Positions 9,520 through 19,610 of a DNA stretch of 64,000 nucleotides are shown here, piece after piece (the first letter of the stretch is position 1; the number at the start of each line of letters is the position of its first letter). Made by a program: the position numbers and the translations under genes. The stretch lies in the IMG/VR virus record IMGVR_UViG_2698536484_000026. One strand, written 5' to 3'. This DNA is from a virus. Lineage: Duplodnaviria; Heunggongvirae; Uroviricota; Caudoviricetes. The notes under the pieces were generated by a model. It worked only from the letters and a program-made list of their open reading frames with translations. It made no database searches and had not been told where the DNA came from.

Positions 9520-10086
9520 ATGTGCAAGAAATGCAAAGCGATAGCTGATGAACAAAACGCCTTATTCGAAGAAATGGATGCTAATGAACTGGTCAAAATG
9601 TTAGCCATTCTTCGAGGAATAGAAGACGTTTCCATATTTGAGAGAGTGGTTACAGCACTTAATTATGAGTCCGCCTTTGAAGAGCCAACTCAGATTGTAG
9701 CTTTAGCACATCATTTCGGTGTTCATTATCTTGCTGAAAAAGAGAGAGCTGATAAGTTGCAAGCGACTTTGGATATGGTGAGCGAGACTCAAGGATCTCA
9801 TGACGGTAATAAAAGTGAGACGATTATTGCCAGCAAAGATCGTGAAATTGCCGGGCTTAAATCCTCTCTAACGATGTTGATGTCTGCAATTAACCTTATG
9901 TCTTCTAAAGCAGGTTATAAAATGCCATCACTAAACAGCGACGATCCGATGGCCGTTCGCCAGCTTTTAGGTGCAATGGCCGACCAGCTCGACGACACAA
10001 AGAGTCGCCTTGAAGACATGATGCGGGAGCTCACGCATCGCCATGACTTGAATAAGCAGCCGCACAAAACGCAATACGCACTCTAA
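9520..10086 (+). CDS. Hypothetical protein
   Basis: ORF preceded by conserved AAGAAAACAACTTGTTT motif and RBS; terminator hairpin 10104-10119 after it. Confidence 0.45.
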   Translation: MCKKCKAIADEQNALFEEMDANELVKMLAILRGIEDVSIFERVVTALNYESAFEEPTQIVALAHHFGVHYLAEKERADKLQATLDMVSETQGSHDGNKSETIIASKDREIAGLKSSLTMLMSAINLMSSKAGYKMPSLNSDDPMAVRQLLGAMADQLDDTKSRLEDMMRELTHRHDLNKQPHKTQYAL

Positions 10087-10227
10087 TACTGCACCAGTCG
10101 ACAGGGGGCGAAAGCCCCCATTTTTACGCCTTAAATCTGCTGTAACGCCTATGAATGCAGCTTTTATGCCTTTTCAAGTTTGCGATAATTACACCAATCA
10201 GAAAACAAATTATTTAATGGTGTAATT

Positions 10228-11913
10228 ATGAATACAGCCCTTTCTATCATCGACGATGCCAGCTCAAACACGGCTATCGACTATCGTCAGGAAATGAATG
10301 TCATCCACGAAATCGTGGCCGAGTGCGAGAAAGAGATCGCCTTCATGTATCAGGTACACGACTTCGTTTATGGCGACGAACGCCACAACATGATTAATCG
10401 CCTGCTGAGACTAAACCATCGACCAGATGAAGATCGCTCGCGTTTAAATCGAGGTTGGTTGGATAAAGTCGATCTGGAATGGGTGAAACAGAATATTTGG
10501 GCCGAGTACTGGAGGAAGGTCACGGACATGACTAACGTTTTGCTGATCATGCCAGCTTCCCGTCGAGATGAGTGGCGCGAGCAGTTTATAGAGGGCAAAC
10601 AGGAAGTCATCAAAACTGACAGAACCGGCTACCAGATGAAGGTTAAAGAGTTCGTTGGTGTACCGGAGTTCAAAGCAGAAACGGTCATACCCACGATGCT
10701 TAATTTGCTGAATGACAGGCACAAATATCTCTCTGAGCGCGTGTATGGCTTGTTTAAGGCGCTGAGTCCTGCGCACAAGACAAATAAGACAAACGGTTTC
10801 AGCGAGCGTCTGATAATCGCTGACTGCATTTCTGATTTCTGGCGGGACAGCGTTAGCGTGAACTATCGCAAAGAGGACTACATCGACGATCTGCGTGTCT
10901 TGCTTCATTTCTTCGCGCACAAAGAATTTATTACCATCAACCGCACTGCTGAGGTGCTATCAGCTGCGTATAGGGCAAACGACTGCCAGACCGGTGACTG
11001 GATGAACGTCGATGGAAATCTGATGCGCGTGAAGATGTTCAAGAACGGCAACGTTCACTTTGAAATACATCCTGACGTGGCCTGGAAGTTGAATGAGGTG
11101 CTGGCTTACAGTATGCCTGCTGCAATCCCCGCGCCATGCCGAACTGCGCCAAAAACACGGGCACCAAAGCAGTTCGGTTTAATCCAGAAGACGATCTCCG
11201 TGCCGGTTCGCACTGCGCTTCGTGACGGGCGATTGAGCAAAGACAAAGGCGTATGGTACTTCTCTGATTCAGCTCTCCAGAAGTCGCAGGTGGAAGAGCT
11301 TGAGCGCACACTTAGCTTCATTGGCGGCGTGCAGGAGAAAAAGCACTGGCAGTTCCCGTATGAGATCGGCCATACGCTAAATACGATTGTGGCTACCGGA
11401 TTAATACCGGATACAAAATCACACCAGTTCTACCCTACCCCACGCTTGATTGCTGAGTACGTTGCCAGAGCCACTGAATTGAAGCCTGGTGAGAAGCTGC
11501 TGGAGCCTCAAGCCGGACGTGGGGAGCTTCTGGCCTATATTAACGCCGATCTGGAAGATGTTACCTGCATAGAAATCGCACCTCTCTTCGCTGATATCCT
11601 GCGTGGAAAAGGGTATACGAACACGATTTGCTGCGACTTCATAAAGTGGTCTGAGGACAACGCAGGTTATCAGTTCGACAAAATCGTTATGAACCCGCCG
11701 TACTCGCTTGGTCGTCATAGAGAGCACACGATGGCTGCGCTGGGGCATCTGAAAGTCGGCGGGCGTCTTGTAGCAGTATTGCCGGGCACTGCGCCAATAC
11801 TGGACTGGATGACGATGGATAATTACGTTTATGCCAGAGGGAAGTCGTTTACCAACGAGTTTGAAGATACCGGGATCACAGTCAGCGTATACGTTTTCAA
11901 ACGCGTTAAATGA
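10228..11913 (+). CDS. Putative N6-adenine methyltransferase fused to a large N-terminal domain of unknown function
   Basis: C-terminal FYPTP, EPQAGRGELL and NPPYS motifs; N-terminal 380 aa unassigned. Confidence 0.6.
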   Translation: MNTALSIIDDASSNTAIDYRQEMNVIHEIVAECEKEIAFMYQVHDFVYGDERHNMINRLLRLNHRPDEDRSRLNRGWLDKVDLEWVKQNIWAEYWRKVTDMTNVLLIMPASRRDEWREQFIEGKQEVIKTDRTGYQMKVKEFVGVPEFKAETVIPTMLNLLNDRHKYLSERVYGLFKALSPAHKTNKTNGFSERLIIADCISDFWRDSVSVNYRKEDYIDDLRVLLHFFAHKEFITINRTAEVLSAAYRANDCQTGDWMNVDGNLMRVKMFKNGNVHFEIHPDVAWKLNEVLAYSMPAAIPAPCRTAPKTRAPKQFGLIQKTISVPVRTALRDGRLSKDKGVWYFSDSALQKSQVEELERTLSFIGGVQEKKHWQFPYEIGHTLNTIVATGLIPDTKSHQFYPTPRLIAEYVARATELKPGEKLLEPQAGRGELLAYINADLEDVTCIEIAPLFADILRGKGYTNTICCDFIKWSEDNAGYQFDKIVMNPPYSLGRHREHTMAALGHLKVGGRLVAVLPGTAPILDWMTMDNYVYARGKSFTNEFEDTGITVSVYVFKRVK

Positions 11914-11974
11914 TAGGTAAATACTTACTTAATTTGTGTAAGAATGTAGTAACTAAACGAGAAGAGAAAAACAC

Positions 11975-12679
11975 ATGAGCAACCTCCAGTTAGAGCATTT
12001 TAACGTCACAGGCCGTTCTGATTTTTCTTTCAAGTTTACATTGAAAGGTTATGCAGAGGATGCGGTAGGCCAGATCATTATTGATAAAGGCATCGTTAAG
12101 TTTGAGGGGGATTTTGATGAATCCGCGAAAACATTCATAGACTTCGTTGCCAAACGTTGGAGCGAGCAATGGAAAGACCTGGAAAAGCGCGCTAATGAGT
12201 TTGATCGGTTCATGGATGCAATGGATACAGCAAAAGAGGCTCTTGCTGCCGGGACTCCGTTAGATCTGGAGTCACTTTTCAACGGCGAAGTGGCCTCTGC
12301 GATGTTCGCCACCATGTTCGCGGGTGAGTTCGTCCGCAGCGGTGCCAAAAACTACCTTGAGCTGGATTACAACGTCCCTGCAATTGGCGATTTCGTCGTT
12401 ACCATCCAACGCAAAGAAGGTAAGACGCCAGGTGAACGCGTCGCAGAGCTTGAGGCTGTTGTGGATCAGCGTAACGGAGAGTGTGACCGTTTGATCAACG
12501 AGCTTCATGCACTTCGGGAAGAAAGAATATGCGCGGGTAGCAATACACGTAATGCTGCGGATATCTACTTCCAGTTAGTTGAGGAATGCCAGATTCCACC
12601 AGGTGGCTCTCTTGTCGATTACGTCAGACATTTAATGGCGGAAGTTAACTCCAGCCATAAAGATGGTGAGGTGCGCTGA
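11975..12679 (+). CDS. Hypothetical protein
   Basis: ORF with RBS; stop overlaps next start. Confidence 0.45.
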   Translation: MSNLQLEHFNVTGRSDFSFKFTLKGYAEDAVGQIIIDKGIVKFEGDFDESAKTFIDFVAKRWSEQWKDLEKRANEFDRFMDAMDTAKEALAAGTPLDLESLFNGEVASAMFATMFAGEFVRSGAKNYLELDYNVPAIGDFVVTIQRKEGKTPGERVAELEAVVDQRNGECDRLINELHALREERICAGSNTRNAADIYFQLVEECQIPPGGSLVDYVRHLMAEVNSSHKDGEVR

Positions 12680-13059
12680 TGTTTGGCATTGACGCACAGC
12701 GTATAGCCGCTTTTGCAAAAAGCCCTCTTGATAATCCCTTGTCTCGTAGTGAGCAAATGGAGCTGGCAAGGCTTTTTCTTCATATTCAAAAACAGGCAGA
12801 CGTTTTCAATAACATGCCTGATCAACCTATTCTGGATGGTCACATCCAGATGGTCATTAACAGTCATGAGAAAGGCTGGGCTGCAATCGTCCCCTGCACA
12901 ATTACATACAAGTTGGCGAAAGAGGTTCAAGAGTTTCGAAAAGCCAGTGTCGAATCGGAGTCTACCAAAGCCGCAATAAACACTCTTATTCGCATGGGGT
13001 TCACATGGGACGGTGGAGCTTACTGGCAAGCACCTCAACCCATTTTATCCGGCAATTAG
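12679..13059 (+). CDS. Hypothetical protein
   Basis: Coupled to preceding ORF; terminator-like hairpin 13090-13110 follows. Confidence 0.4.
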   Translation: MFGIDAQRIAAFAKSPLDNPLSRSEQMELARLFLHIQKQADVFNNMPDQPILDGHIQMVINSHEKGWAAIVPCTITYKLAKEVQEFRKASVESESTKAAINTLIRMGFTWDGGAYWQAPQPILSGN

Positions 13060-13178
13060 GCGCTACAAATCCTTCTGCATGAATAAATAAAGGCCATAAC
13101 TTATGGCCTTAAATAAATTGTTTTCTGCCTTTTCTTATTTGTGAAAATAACCACAACTAGAAAACAACGGAGTTAAGA

Positions 13179-13820
13179 ATGTCTAGTATTTCCGAAGCAC
13201 ATATGTTCGCCGCTGGCGCTCATGGTGGCGTTGGTCAGAAAAGAAAATATACAGGTGAAGATTATATAAATCATCCGGTTGCTGTCCGAGAGATCGTTGC
13301 ATTGCATGACGGAACCGTGGAGATGCAGATCGCGGCGCTTCTGCATGATGTGGTCGAAGACACAAATGTAACCATAGAGATGGTTCGTGATCACTTCGGT
13401 GAGCGCGTAGCTGAAATGGTTCTGGCTCTGACCAACATTGCAAGGCCAGAAGACGGCAATCGAATACAGCGTTTCATCATCAATGTCCGGGAGCTGGAGC
13501 AAAATCTCAACATGCAGACGCGCATGATCAAGCTGGCTGACCTGCTGGACAATACCTCTTCTATCGTGAGTCGCGATCCTGAGTTTTCAGCTATCTACCT
13601 TGCAGAGAAAGAACTGATGCTGGACGTACTCTTTAACGGCAAAGAGATTGGTGCCAATGCTGATGTTGTCGAGTACATGGAGAGGGTAGGTATAGAACAC
13701 CCGTTGCTATTAAGCGCAATGGCGAAAGTGACAGAAGGTATTGCGCTTCTGAAACCGGTACACATCAAACGTTATGAAAAACACAAATCGCTGATCTGGA
13801 GCGCGTGGGAGGCTGCATGA
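13179..13820 (+). CDS. RelA/SpoT-type HD-domain hydrolase (putative (p)ppGpp hydrolase)
   Basis: AHGGVGQKRKYTGEDYINHPVAV...AALLHDVVEDT matches RelA/SpoT HD hydrolase domain. Confidence 0.65.
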   Translation: MSSISEAHMFAAGAHGGVGQKRKYTGEDYINHPVAVREIVALHDGTVEMQIAALLHDVVEDTNVTIEMVRDHFGERVAEMVLALTNIARPEDGNRIQRFIINVRELEQNLNMQTRMIKLADLLDNTSSIVSRDPEFSAIYLAEKELMLDVLFNGKEIGANADVVEYMERVGIEHPLLLSAMAKVTEGIALLKPVHIKRYEKHKSLIWSAWEAA

Positions 13821-14359
13821 AGGTCGAAAAAATAGATGTTCTTTCCTTTGTGCTGACGGATCTGGAACGCCTCGATCCGGTTCGAGTGATGATTGAAAAC
13901 TACGAACCTGGTAAGGGAAGAATCACCATCACCTGCTACGGAAAAGCGTGGACTGCGGCTTGGTTTGCTATGGGCGGTGATGATGTGCAGACGTTCATCA
14001 AGCGAGTTAGCAACGACTATCTAATCGACAATTTCGACCCTCAACTGCTAAGCACGGTCGACGATGACAACGATGCAAATCTGCTTTTCGTGAAGTCAGA
14101 AATCATAAAGTTACGAAGAGAGAGAGAAATCGATGCTGTACAGGCTCGCGAAATGTGGGTCGAGGCGGAAAACGCAGATGATGTCAAAGAAAGCTGCTGT
14201 TGTCTCGGCATCGGTAACAAACTGCTGAATCTATTTGGTGATGATCCGTGGTATGCCGACTGGCCAACGATACCAAACCCGAAATACCAGTATCTGGAAC
14301 GCATTGTGAACGCGGTACGTGAAGGGCTGAAAGAGTTAGACAAGTTAGAGGCATCGTAA
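13817..14359 (+). CDS. Hypothetical protein
   Basis: ATG overlaps previous stop; part of coupled gene string. Confidence 0.4.
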   Translation: MKVEKIDVLSFVLTDLERLDPVRVMIENYEPGKGRITITCYGKAWTAAWFAMGGDDVQTFIKRVSNDYLIDNFDPQLLSTVDDDNDANLLFVKSEIIKLRREREIDAVQAREMWVEAENADDVKESCCCLGIGNKLLNLFGDDPWYADWPTIPNPKYQYLERIVNAVREGLKELDKLEAS

Positions 14360-14814
14360 TGAGAGAGAAAATCAAGAACCCGGTCGTCGTATTGTATAAA
14401 CGGGAAACCAGCGATTCTTATGCGGTATCCATCACTGATGGAAGCCAGAACATGCACGATGGTCTGCTAATGGCCTCCGTATCTCCTGATGATTCGGACT
14501 ACCCTTTCGCCACTTTCGCTATGGTTGGTTACTACATGGCTGCCGAAATTGAGAAGTTGCGGGCGCAGAGAGACGCATTAGCGGCGGAGAATGCAGCCCT
14601 GAAAGAATCTGAGCGAGCATTCGATGCGATGTGTGCCGAGGAACACGGAGATAATTGGGTTAGCGAATTAACGGAGACTCCAGCAACCGATGCTTTTCTG
14701 GCTGAAGTACGTGCGCAGGGCGTGGAGATGTTTGCTGAGTGCGCATACACACTTGAACATCATGATCACGCAGTAGCTTTTGCCGCTGAGCTTCGTACAG
14801 GAGCTAAACAGTGA
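14359..14814 (+). CDS. Hypothetical protein
   Basis: Coupled ORF. Confidence 0.4.
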   Translation: MREKIKNPVVVLYKRETSDSYAVSITDGSQNMHDGLLMASVSPDDSDYPFATFAMVGYYMAAEIEKLRAQRDALAAENAALKESERAFDAMCAEEHGDNWVSELTETPATDAFLAEVRAQGVEMFAECAYTLEHHDHAVAFAAELRTGAKQ

Positions 14815-15377
14815 ATGAGATTTACTACCTGACGTTACGTGAACGTTATTCACCAAAACCAGCGCCTAAATGCTCTGTTTGTGGCGAGGAAATGTCAATA
14901 CAGCGCATATCTGGAGCACATGTTGTTTATGCCTGTTCCGGTGAGGGTGATGACGGATATTTTAAGATAGGGCGTACTTTTGCAGACGAACATTATGAAA
15001 AATCACGCGTAACAGTAGTTGATGATAGTGATCCCGATGTGATTGCACTGCTGGACGAACTGGATAAAAGACAGCAACACATCCGACGTCTTGAGCAGGA
15101 GAACGTAGAGATGGCCCTAACGCTTGAGAAACTGCGTGTTGAGCTGGAGACCGTTAAACAGCGGGAAAAGGATCTGTTTATGGAAAATGTTCGACTTAAG
15201 TCAGGTATAGCAGGTCTGATACACCTCGGTATTCGATATGCGGATGTCGAAGTCATGAAAATAGCTGGAGATGCCCAGCTTTCTACTCCCTGTACTGACA
15301 GCATCATAAACAGTATTGCATCAGGCGTTTTCACCAAAGAGGGTCAGCATGATGAGAACAGTAGAAGTTCGCGCTGA
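14811..15377 (+). CDS. Hypothetical protein with CxxC...C zinc-ribbon-like N-terminus
   Basis: CSVCGEEMS...YACSG; coupled ORF. Confidence 0.4.
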   Translation: MNEIYYLTLRERYSPKPAPKCSVCGEEMSIQRISGAHVVYACSGEGDDGYFKIGRTFADEHYEKSRVTVVDDSDPDVIALLDELDKRQQHIRRLEQENVEMALTLEKLRVELETVKQREKDLFMENVRLKSGIAGLIHLGIRYADVEVMKIAGDAQLSTPCTDSIINSIASGVFTKEGQHDENSRSSR

Positions 15378-15537
15378 AGATGTAACCCCAGGTGATGTGG
15401 TCATAACATCTAAAGGCAAACGATGTGCGGTTAAATCTTTCTGGATGAACGGTGAAAAAGTGACTCTGTTCGGTACGGATGGTTCCGAAACTGATTATGA
15501 CTACGACGAATTGCTTGTTGTTGAGAGAGCTACCTAA
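15349..15537 (+). CDS. Hypothetical small protein
   Basis: Short ORF overlapping neighbours in operon. Confidence 0.3.
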   Translation: MMRTVEVRAEDVTPGDVVITSKGKRCAVKSFWMNGEKVTLFGTDGSETDYDYDELLVVERAT

Positions 15538-16073
15538 TGACCACCTTTACCAAAGAACAGTTAATCTCCCATGCACGCGAAAGCGTTAGTTATCTGGAAG
15601 ACTTGAAAGGACGTGTTAGTAAAGAAGGAGCGGACTGCAAAGTTGTTCATGAGATGGTTGAACGAGATCTAAAACTGGCTCGAATTGCACTGACCTCACT
15701 GGAGGCAGAGCCAGTGGCGTGGCTGGTAACACTCACAAAAAACGATCAGGAATCAGTCTCTATTATTTACCGTGACTGTGCAGAGAAAGATACATGGGTT
15801 CGGATACATGAGTCACTCGGTTCTGTCGCACATGTTGCCCCGCTTTACATGGCGCAGCCAGAACCGTCGAAGGAGGAGAAAGGACGTTCAGTCATCCAGG
15901 GTAAAGCCGATAATTCACCATTGCCGCGCTACCAGGTTATCGAATTAACAATGCTGGTTAAACAATTGGTCAGCCAACTGAAAAAAGCAAAACCTGATTG
16001 CAAATTACCGGATAGGGCAATGGATTATCTTTTGCGGAACGGACTGCTAAGTGTGGAGGATGCCTTACGATGA
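15537..16073 (+). CDS. Hypothetical protein
   Basis: Coupled ORF. Confidence 0.4.
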   Translation: MTTFTKEQLISHARESVSYLEDLKGRVSKEGADCKVVHEMVERDLKLARIALTSLEAEPVAWLVTLTKNDQESVSIIYRDCAEKDTWVRIHESLGSVAHVAPLYMAQPEPSKEEKGRSVIQGKADNSPLPRYQVIELTMLVKQLVSQLKKAKPDCKLPDRAMDYLLRNGLLSVEDALR

Positions 16074-16657
16074 TTGAAATGACAAAAGAAGAACTAACAC
16101 AGGCAACAAAGGATTACGGAAAAAAGCACATCGCACATCGTATGGCGAATGTGTTACTGGCCTTGTCTGAACAAAAGCCATCTGCGTTTGTAATGAAAGA
16201 TGATTTGGCCGATCCGGCAATTGTTTCGACTCCGGCATATTTAGATATTGAGGATGCGGAACAAAAAACGATTGGGGATATTGTCGCGCTTTATGCCGAT
16301 CCCTTTCCTGTCATCGGCGACACTACTGCTCTTGTGGACGATATTTTAAACATTCTCGCGCTTCTTGAGGCTGGCGATTGGTCAGAACATTGCACTAAAA
16401 CGGAGTTAGGCGGTCGGCTTGAAAGAGAGATTACACAACTTATTGGTGATGCCCAAAATGATTTGTCACCTGAGCATCTCCCCTGCGATGTAGTCCTTGT
16501 GCCAGGGATGAGGATACACGAAGGCGTCAGAACGAAAACATTATTAACCGCATTACAGAGAAGAGCCGAACTAAGCTCGCGGATAAAGTTGATGCCATCC
16601 AAAATATTTGATGTCGTCAAATTTACGCCATCGCAACATACTGAGAGAGATAAATGA
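16070..16657 (+). CDS. Hypothetical protein
   Basis: Coupled ORF. Confidence 0.4.
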   Translation: MIEMTKEELTQATKDYGKKHIAHRMANVLLALSEQKPSAFVMKDDLADPAIVSTPAYLDIEDAEQKTIGDIVALYADPFPVIGDTTALVDDILNILALLEAGDWSEHCTKTELGGRLEREITQLIGDAQNDLSPEHLPCDVVLVPGMRIHEGVRTKTLLTALQRRAELSSRIKLMPSKIFDVVKFTPSQHTERDK

Positions 16658-17286
16658 GCACGGTAGCGAAAGATCTCACAGAAGATATTCTCAATGAAAT
16701 TATTGCTGGTGCAAATACCTCGCTTGAGCAACTTCTTGCGTTAGCACTGAGAGCCGAACGTCGAGACAGAAATCGTTTTTATGAACGATTACCAGGGAAA
16801 CGACCAGATAGATCAGATGAAGAAGGTTGCGATATAGACTACATGGAGCCTTCAGAGATTTATCAACTTGGTAAAGATGACGGCTGGAACGCTTATCACG
16901 ATGCTGTGATGAAGTTGGATGAAAAAGTTAAACCTCTTTCTCGACCGGTAGATCACGGTTTCCGCGATAACTGCGAATGCTCTAGTTGCCAGACCACGGC
17001 CCGTATTTGTTCCGAATTGACAGATAAGTCCAGCCTAATCTACGAAGTTAATGTAGGCGGTAATACATGGGTCGAATGCACAAGAGCTGCATACGTAAGA
17101 GCAAAAGACAAGGGTGAATTAACCAGAGTTGTTGCCCATCACCCAAATAATGAGCTTAAAGATCACCAGATTAGAGAACTGGTGAATGAGTTGCGGGATA
17201 TTGCGGTTCAGTACCACGGAACGCAGCAATTGCGGGAGAAAATTGCCAGAGCAGTGAACAACTCAATTAGATCAGAAAGTATGTAG
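16654..17286 (+). CDS. Hypothetical protein (Cys-containing)
   Basis: Last gene of left + strand operon; hairpin 17302-17321 downstream. Confidence 0.4.
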   Translation: MSTVAKDLTEDILNEIIAGANTSLEQLLALALRAERRDRNRFYERLPGKRPDRSDEEGCDIDYMEPSEIYQLGKDDGWNAYHDAVMKLDEKVKPLSRPVDHGFRDNCECSSCQTTARICSELTDKSSLIYEVNVGGNTWVECTRAAYVRAKDKGELTRVVAHHPNNELKDHQIRELVNELRDIAVQYHGTQQLREKIARAVNNSIRSESM

Positions 17287-17720
17287 TCAATACAATAAAA
17301 TGGCCCCATTTGGATGGGGCCGGTAACAACTAGCATTATGGGCGCTGGTTGACGTACTCAATGATCGCTTCGATGATTGCGAACATAGGCGGCACGATTT
17401 TGAAAAGTAAGTTAAGCACTATAGGCCTCACTTAGTTTTATCGCACCTAGCTGCAAATACCTTTGAGCTTGCCTTTGCAGTTGCAATATCTGTAGTCGCC
17501 AGATACTTACGGCACGATTTCGAGTTAAGGTAAGGTTTTAGAGTCACCAAAAACCTGGACTTAAATCTTCTTTGAGAACAACGATGTTTGGTAAATGGTC
17601 ATTATTACCTAGCATGACGGCTCAACGTTTCTTGATGAATCCAGTACATTCGGTTAATCTTAGCTCAGTCGCCAGATACTTATGGCTCAGGAACAGAGGC
17701 GCAAACTCTGTTTCCTTTTA

Positions 17721-17753
17721 AAAAGCCCAGCCTAGTCAACTGGGCTTTTTTAA
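17721..17753. terminator. Bidirectional rho-independent terminator
   Basis: agcccag...ctgggct stem flanked by A-run upstream and TTTTTTA downstream. Confidence 0.5.
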
Positions 17754-18046
17754 TGTCCGTTTTTAACCAAATGTACCCACAATACCGCAACATCAGTGTC
17801 TTGCGAATTAAGATAGGATTTATAGAGACTATGTGCAAGTGCATAACTTTGTGGATAACTCGTAAAGGAAAAAGTGGTTTCCGCGGACATTAGTTCAGAC
17901 AAGGAGTCTGGGAAAGTCAATGGGAAGTAAAAATTTGTTAAAAATAACGTTTGTTGGAATTGTATATATTTATGCCTTTCAATAGTTAGCATCTTATTAA
18001 CATCTTTTTTAAGAGATAGAGTTCAAAAATATATAGCTTCAACATA

Positions 18047-18066
18047 TACTGTATGCATATACAGCA
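18047..18066 (+). promoter_or_regulatory. LexA (SOS) box
   Basis: TACTGTATGCATATACAGCA fits CTGT-N8-ACAG, 17 bp upstream of UmuD'-like start. Confidence 0.6.
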
Positions 18067-18082
18067 TTAAGAGGCGAGTATT

Positions 18083-18472
18083 ATGGGCTTCCCTTCTCCT
18101 GCGGCGGATTATGCTGAGAGCCGTATTTCTCTTGATCAGCAGATAATTAGACATCCTTCAGCGACCTACTTCATGAGGGCGGCTGATAGTCATCATCGTG
18201 AGGGAATATTGCAGGGTGCATTGCTGGTGGTCGATTCCTCACTGACTCCTGTTGATGGATCTCTTCTTGTATGTGCTCTGGATGGGGAATATCGCGTAAA
18301 AAGATACCGGAAGTATCCACGTCAGCATCTGGAGGATTTAAGAACTGGTAAGAAGGAAGCATTGCCAAAGGATGATGATGGATGCACGGGCAGCAATGCC
18401 GTGTTTGGTGTGATCACTCACATTATCAACGACGCAAGAAGTGGCGAGTTTGATGATTGTCCTGTGATGTAG
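18083..18472 (+). CDS. umuD: UmuD'-like S24 peptidase-fold protein, N-terminally truncated (P1 HumD-like); no umuC partner
   Basis: GFPSPAADY...HPSATYF...DS...VK aligns to UmuD from about residue 25 onward; in-frame stop 15 nt upstream fixes the start. Confidence 0.7.
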   Translation: MGFPSPAADYAESRISLDQQIIRHPSATYFMRAADSHHREGILQGALLVVDSSLTPVDGSLLVCALDGEYRVKRYRKYPRQHLEDLRTGKKEALPKDDDGCTGSNAVFGVITHIINDARSGEFDDCPVM

Positions 18473-18483
18473 GAGAACTGTTT

Positions 18484-18510
18484 AGGTGGTGCATTGCACC
18501 ACCTTTTTAT
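18484..18510 (+). terminator. Rho-independent terminator
   Basis: Perfect 9-bp stem aggtggtgc/gcaccacct followed by TTTTAT. Confidence 0.55.
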
Positions 18511-19610
18511 CACACTGCGCGGAATGCGATTTCGCCAGGTATTACTTCACCTTGCCAATACATTTGGGCAGCAACGCGATCTGCGAGGTCACGATAAATA
18601 GCCGTAAATTCGCTATCTGGACGACTAATAACGGTTGGTGTTCCGTTATCCAGATCTTCACGAAGAGAGATATGAAGTGGCATTTGGCCTAACAACTGCG
18701 TGTTGTATTTCTCGGCCAGTTTCTGTGCGCCACCGGTGCCAAAAATTGGCTCGTGATGACCGCAGTTACTGCAAATATGCACACTCATGTTTTCGACGAT
18801 ACCTAGTACCGGCACTTCGACTTTTTCGAACATCACAATGCCTTTCTTCGCATCGATCAGCGCGATGTCTTGCGGCGTAGTTACCACAACCGCACCAGTT
18901 ACAGGAATGTTCTGCGCCAGCGTCAATTGAATATCACCAGTGCCCGGCGGCATATCGAGAACGAGATAGTCCAGATCAGGCCACAGTGTTTCCTGCAACA
19001 TCTGCATCAACGCCTTGCTGGCCATCGGTCCACGCCACACCATTGCATTGTCGTCGGTGACCAGATAACCAATAGAGTTGGTTGCCAGGCCATGAGACAT
19101 GATAGGTGCCATGTGAGTACCGTCCGGTGAGGTTGGACGTTGGTTTTCCGCGCCCAGCATGGTTGGAATTGATGGACCATAGATATCGGCATCCAAAATA
19201 CCAACTTTCGCACCTTCAGCAGCCAAAGCCAGTGCCAAGTTTACTGCTGTGGACGATTTGCCTACACCGCCCTTGCCTGAGCTTACGGCGATAATATTCT
19301 TAACACCATTAATGCCTGGTTGGTTTTTGACGCGCTTAAGCGTGGCAATGTTGTACGACAGCTTCCAGTCAATAGCCTTTGCGCCAGTGATACGGAGCAG
19401 ATCACCACTACATTGCTCTTTCAGGTCTTCAAAAGGCTTATTCCACACGAAAGGCATGATTAGTTCGACATGCAGTGTGTCATCCATCAACGCAACATGG
19501 TGTAACGCTTTAAGCGTAGTCAGGTTGTGTTTCAGGGTTGGGTGCTGAAAATTAGCCAGCGTACCGGCTACCATTGCTCTCAGGGCATCCGGCGATTTGG
19601 ACTCGCTCAT
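18510..19610 (-). CDS. apbC: Iron-sulfur cluster carrier ATPase ApbC/Mrp
   Basis: Near full-length match to enterobacterial Mrp: AVSSGKGGVGKSSTAVNLALALA, MPPGTGD, C-terminal CSNCGH. Confidence 0.9.
   Translation of the reverse strand: MSESKSPDALRAMVAGTLANFQHPTLKHNLTTLKALHHVALMDDTLHVELIMPFVWNKPFEDLKEQCSGDLLRITGAKAIDWKLSYNIATLKRVKNQPGINGVKNIIAVSSGKGGVGKSSTAVNLALALAAEGAKVGILDADIYGPSIPTMLGAENQRPTSPDGTHMAPIMSHGLATNSIGYLVTDDNAMVWRGPMASKALMQMLQETLWPDLDYLVLDMPPGTGDIQLTLAQNIPVTGAVVVTTPQDIALIDAKKGIVMFEKVEVPVLGIVENMSVHICSNCGHHEPIFGTGGAQKLAEKYNTQLLGQMPLHISLREDLDNGTPTVISRPDSEFTAIYRDLADRVAAQMYWQGEVIPGEIAFRAV

Noticed and set aside
17655-17700. tRNA-like string TAGCTCAGTCGCC resembling a tRNA D-arm
   Set aside because: No complementary D-stem, anticodon arm or T-arm could be built; a cloverleaf does not fold by eye.
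17750-17992. 80-aa minus-strand ORF
   Set aside because: No RBS, low-complexity translation, and it overlaps the LexA-regulated promoter region.
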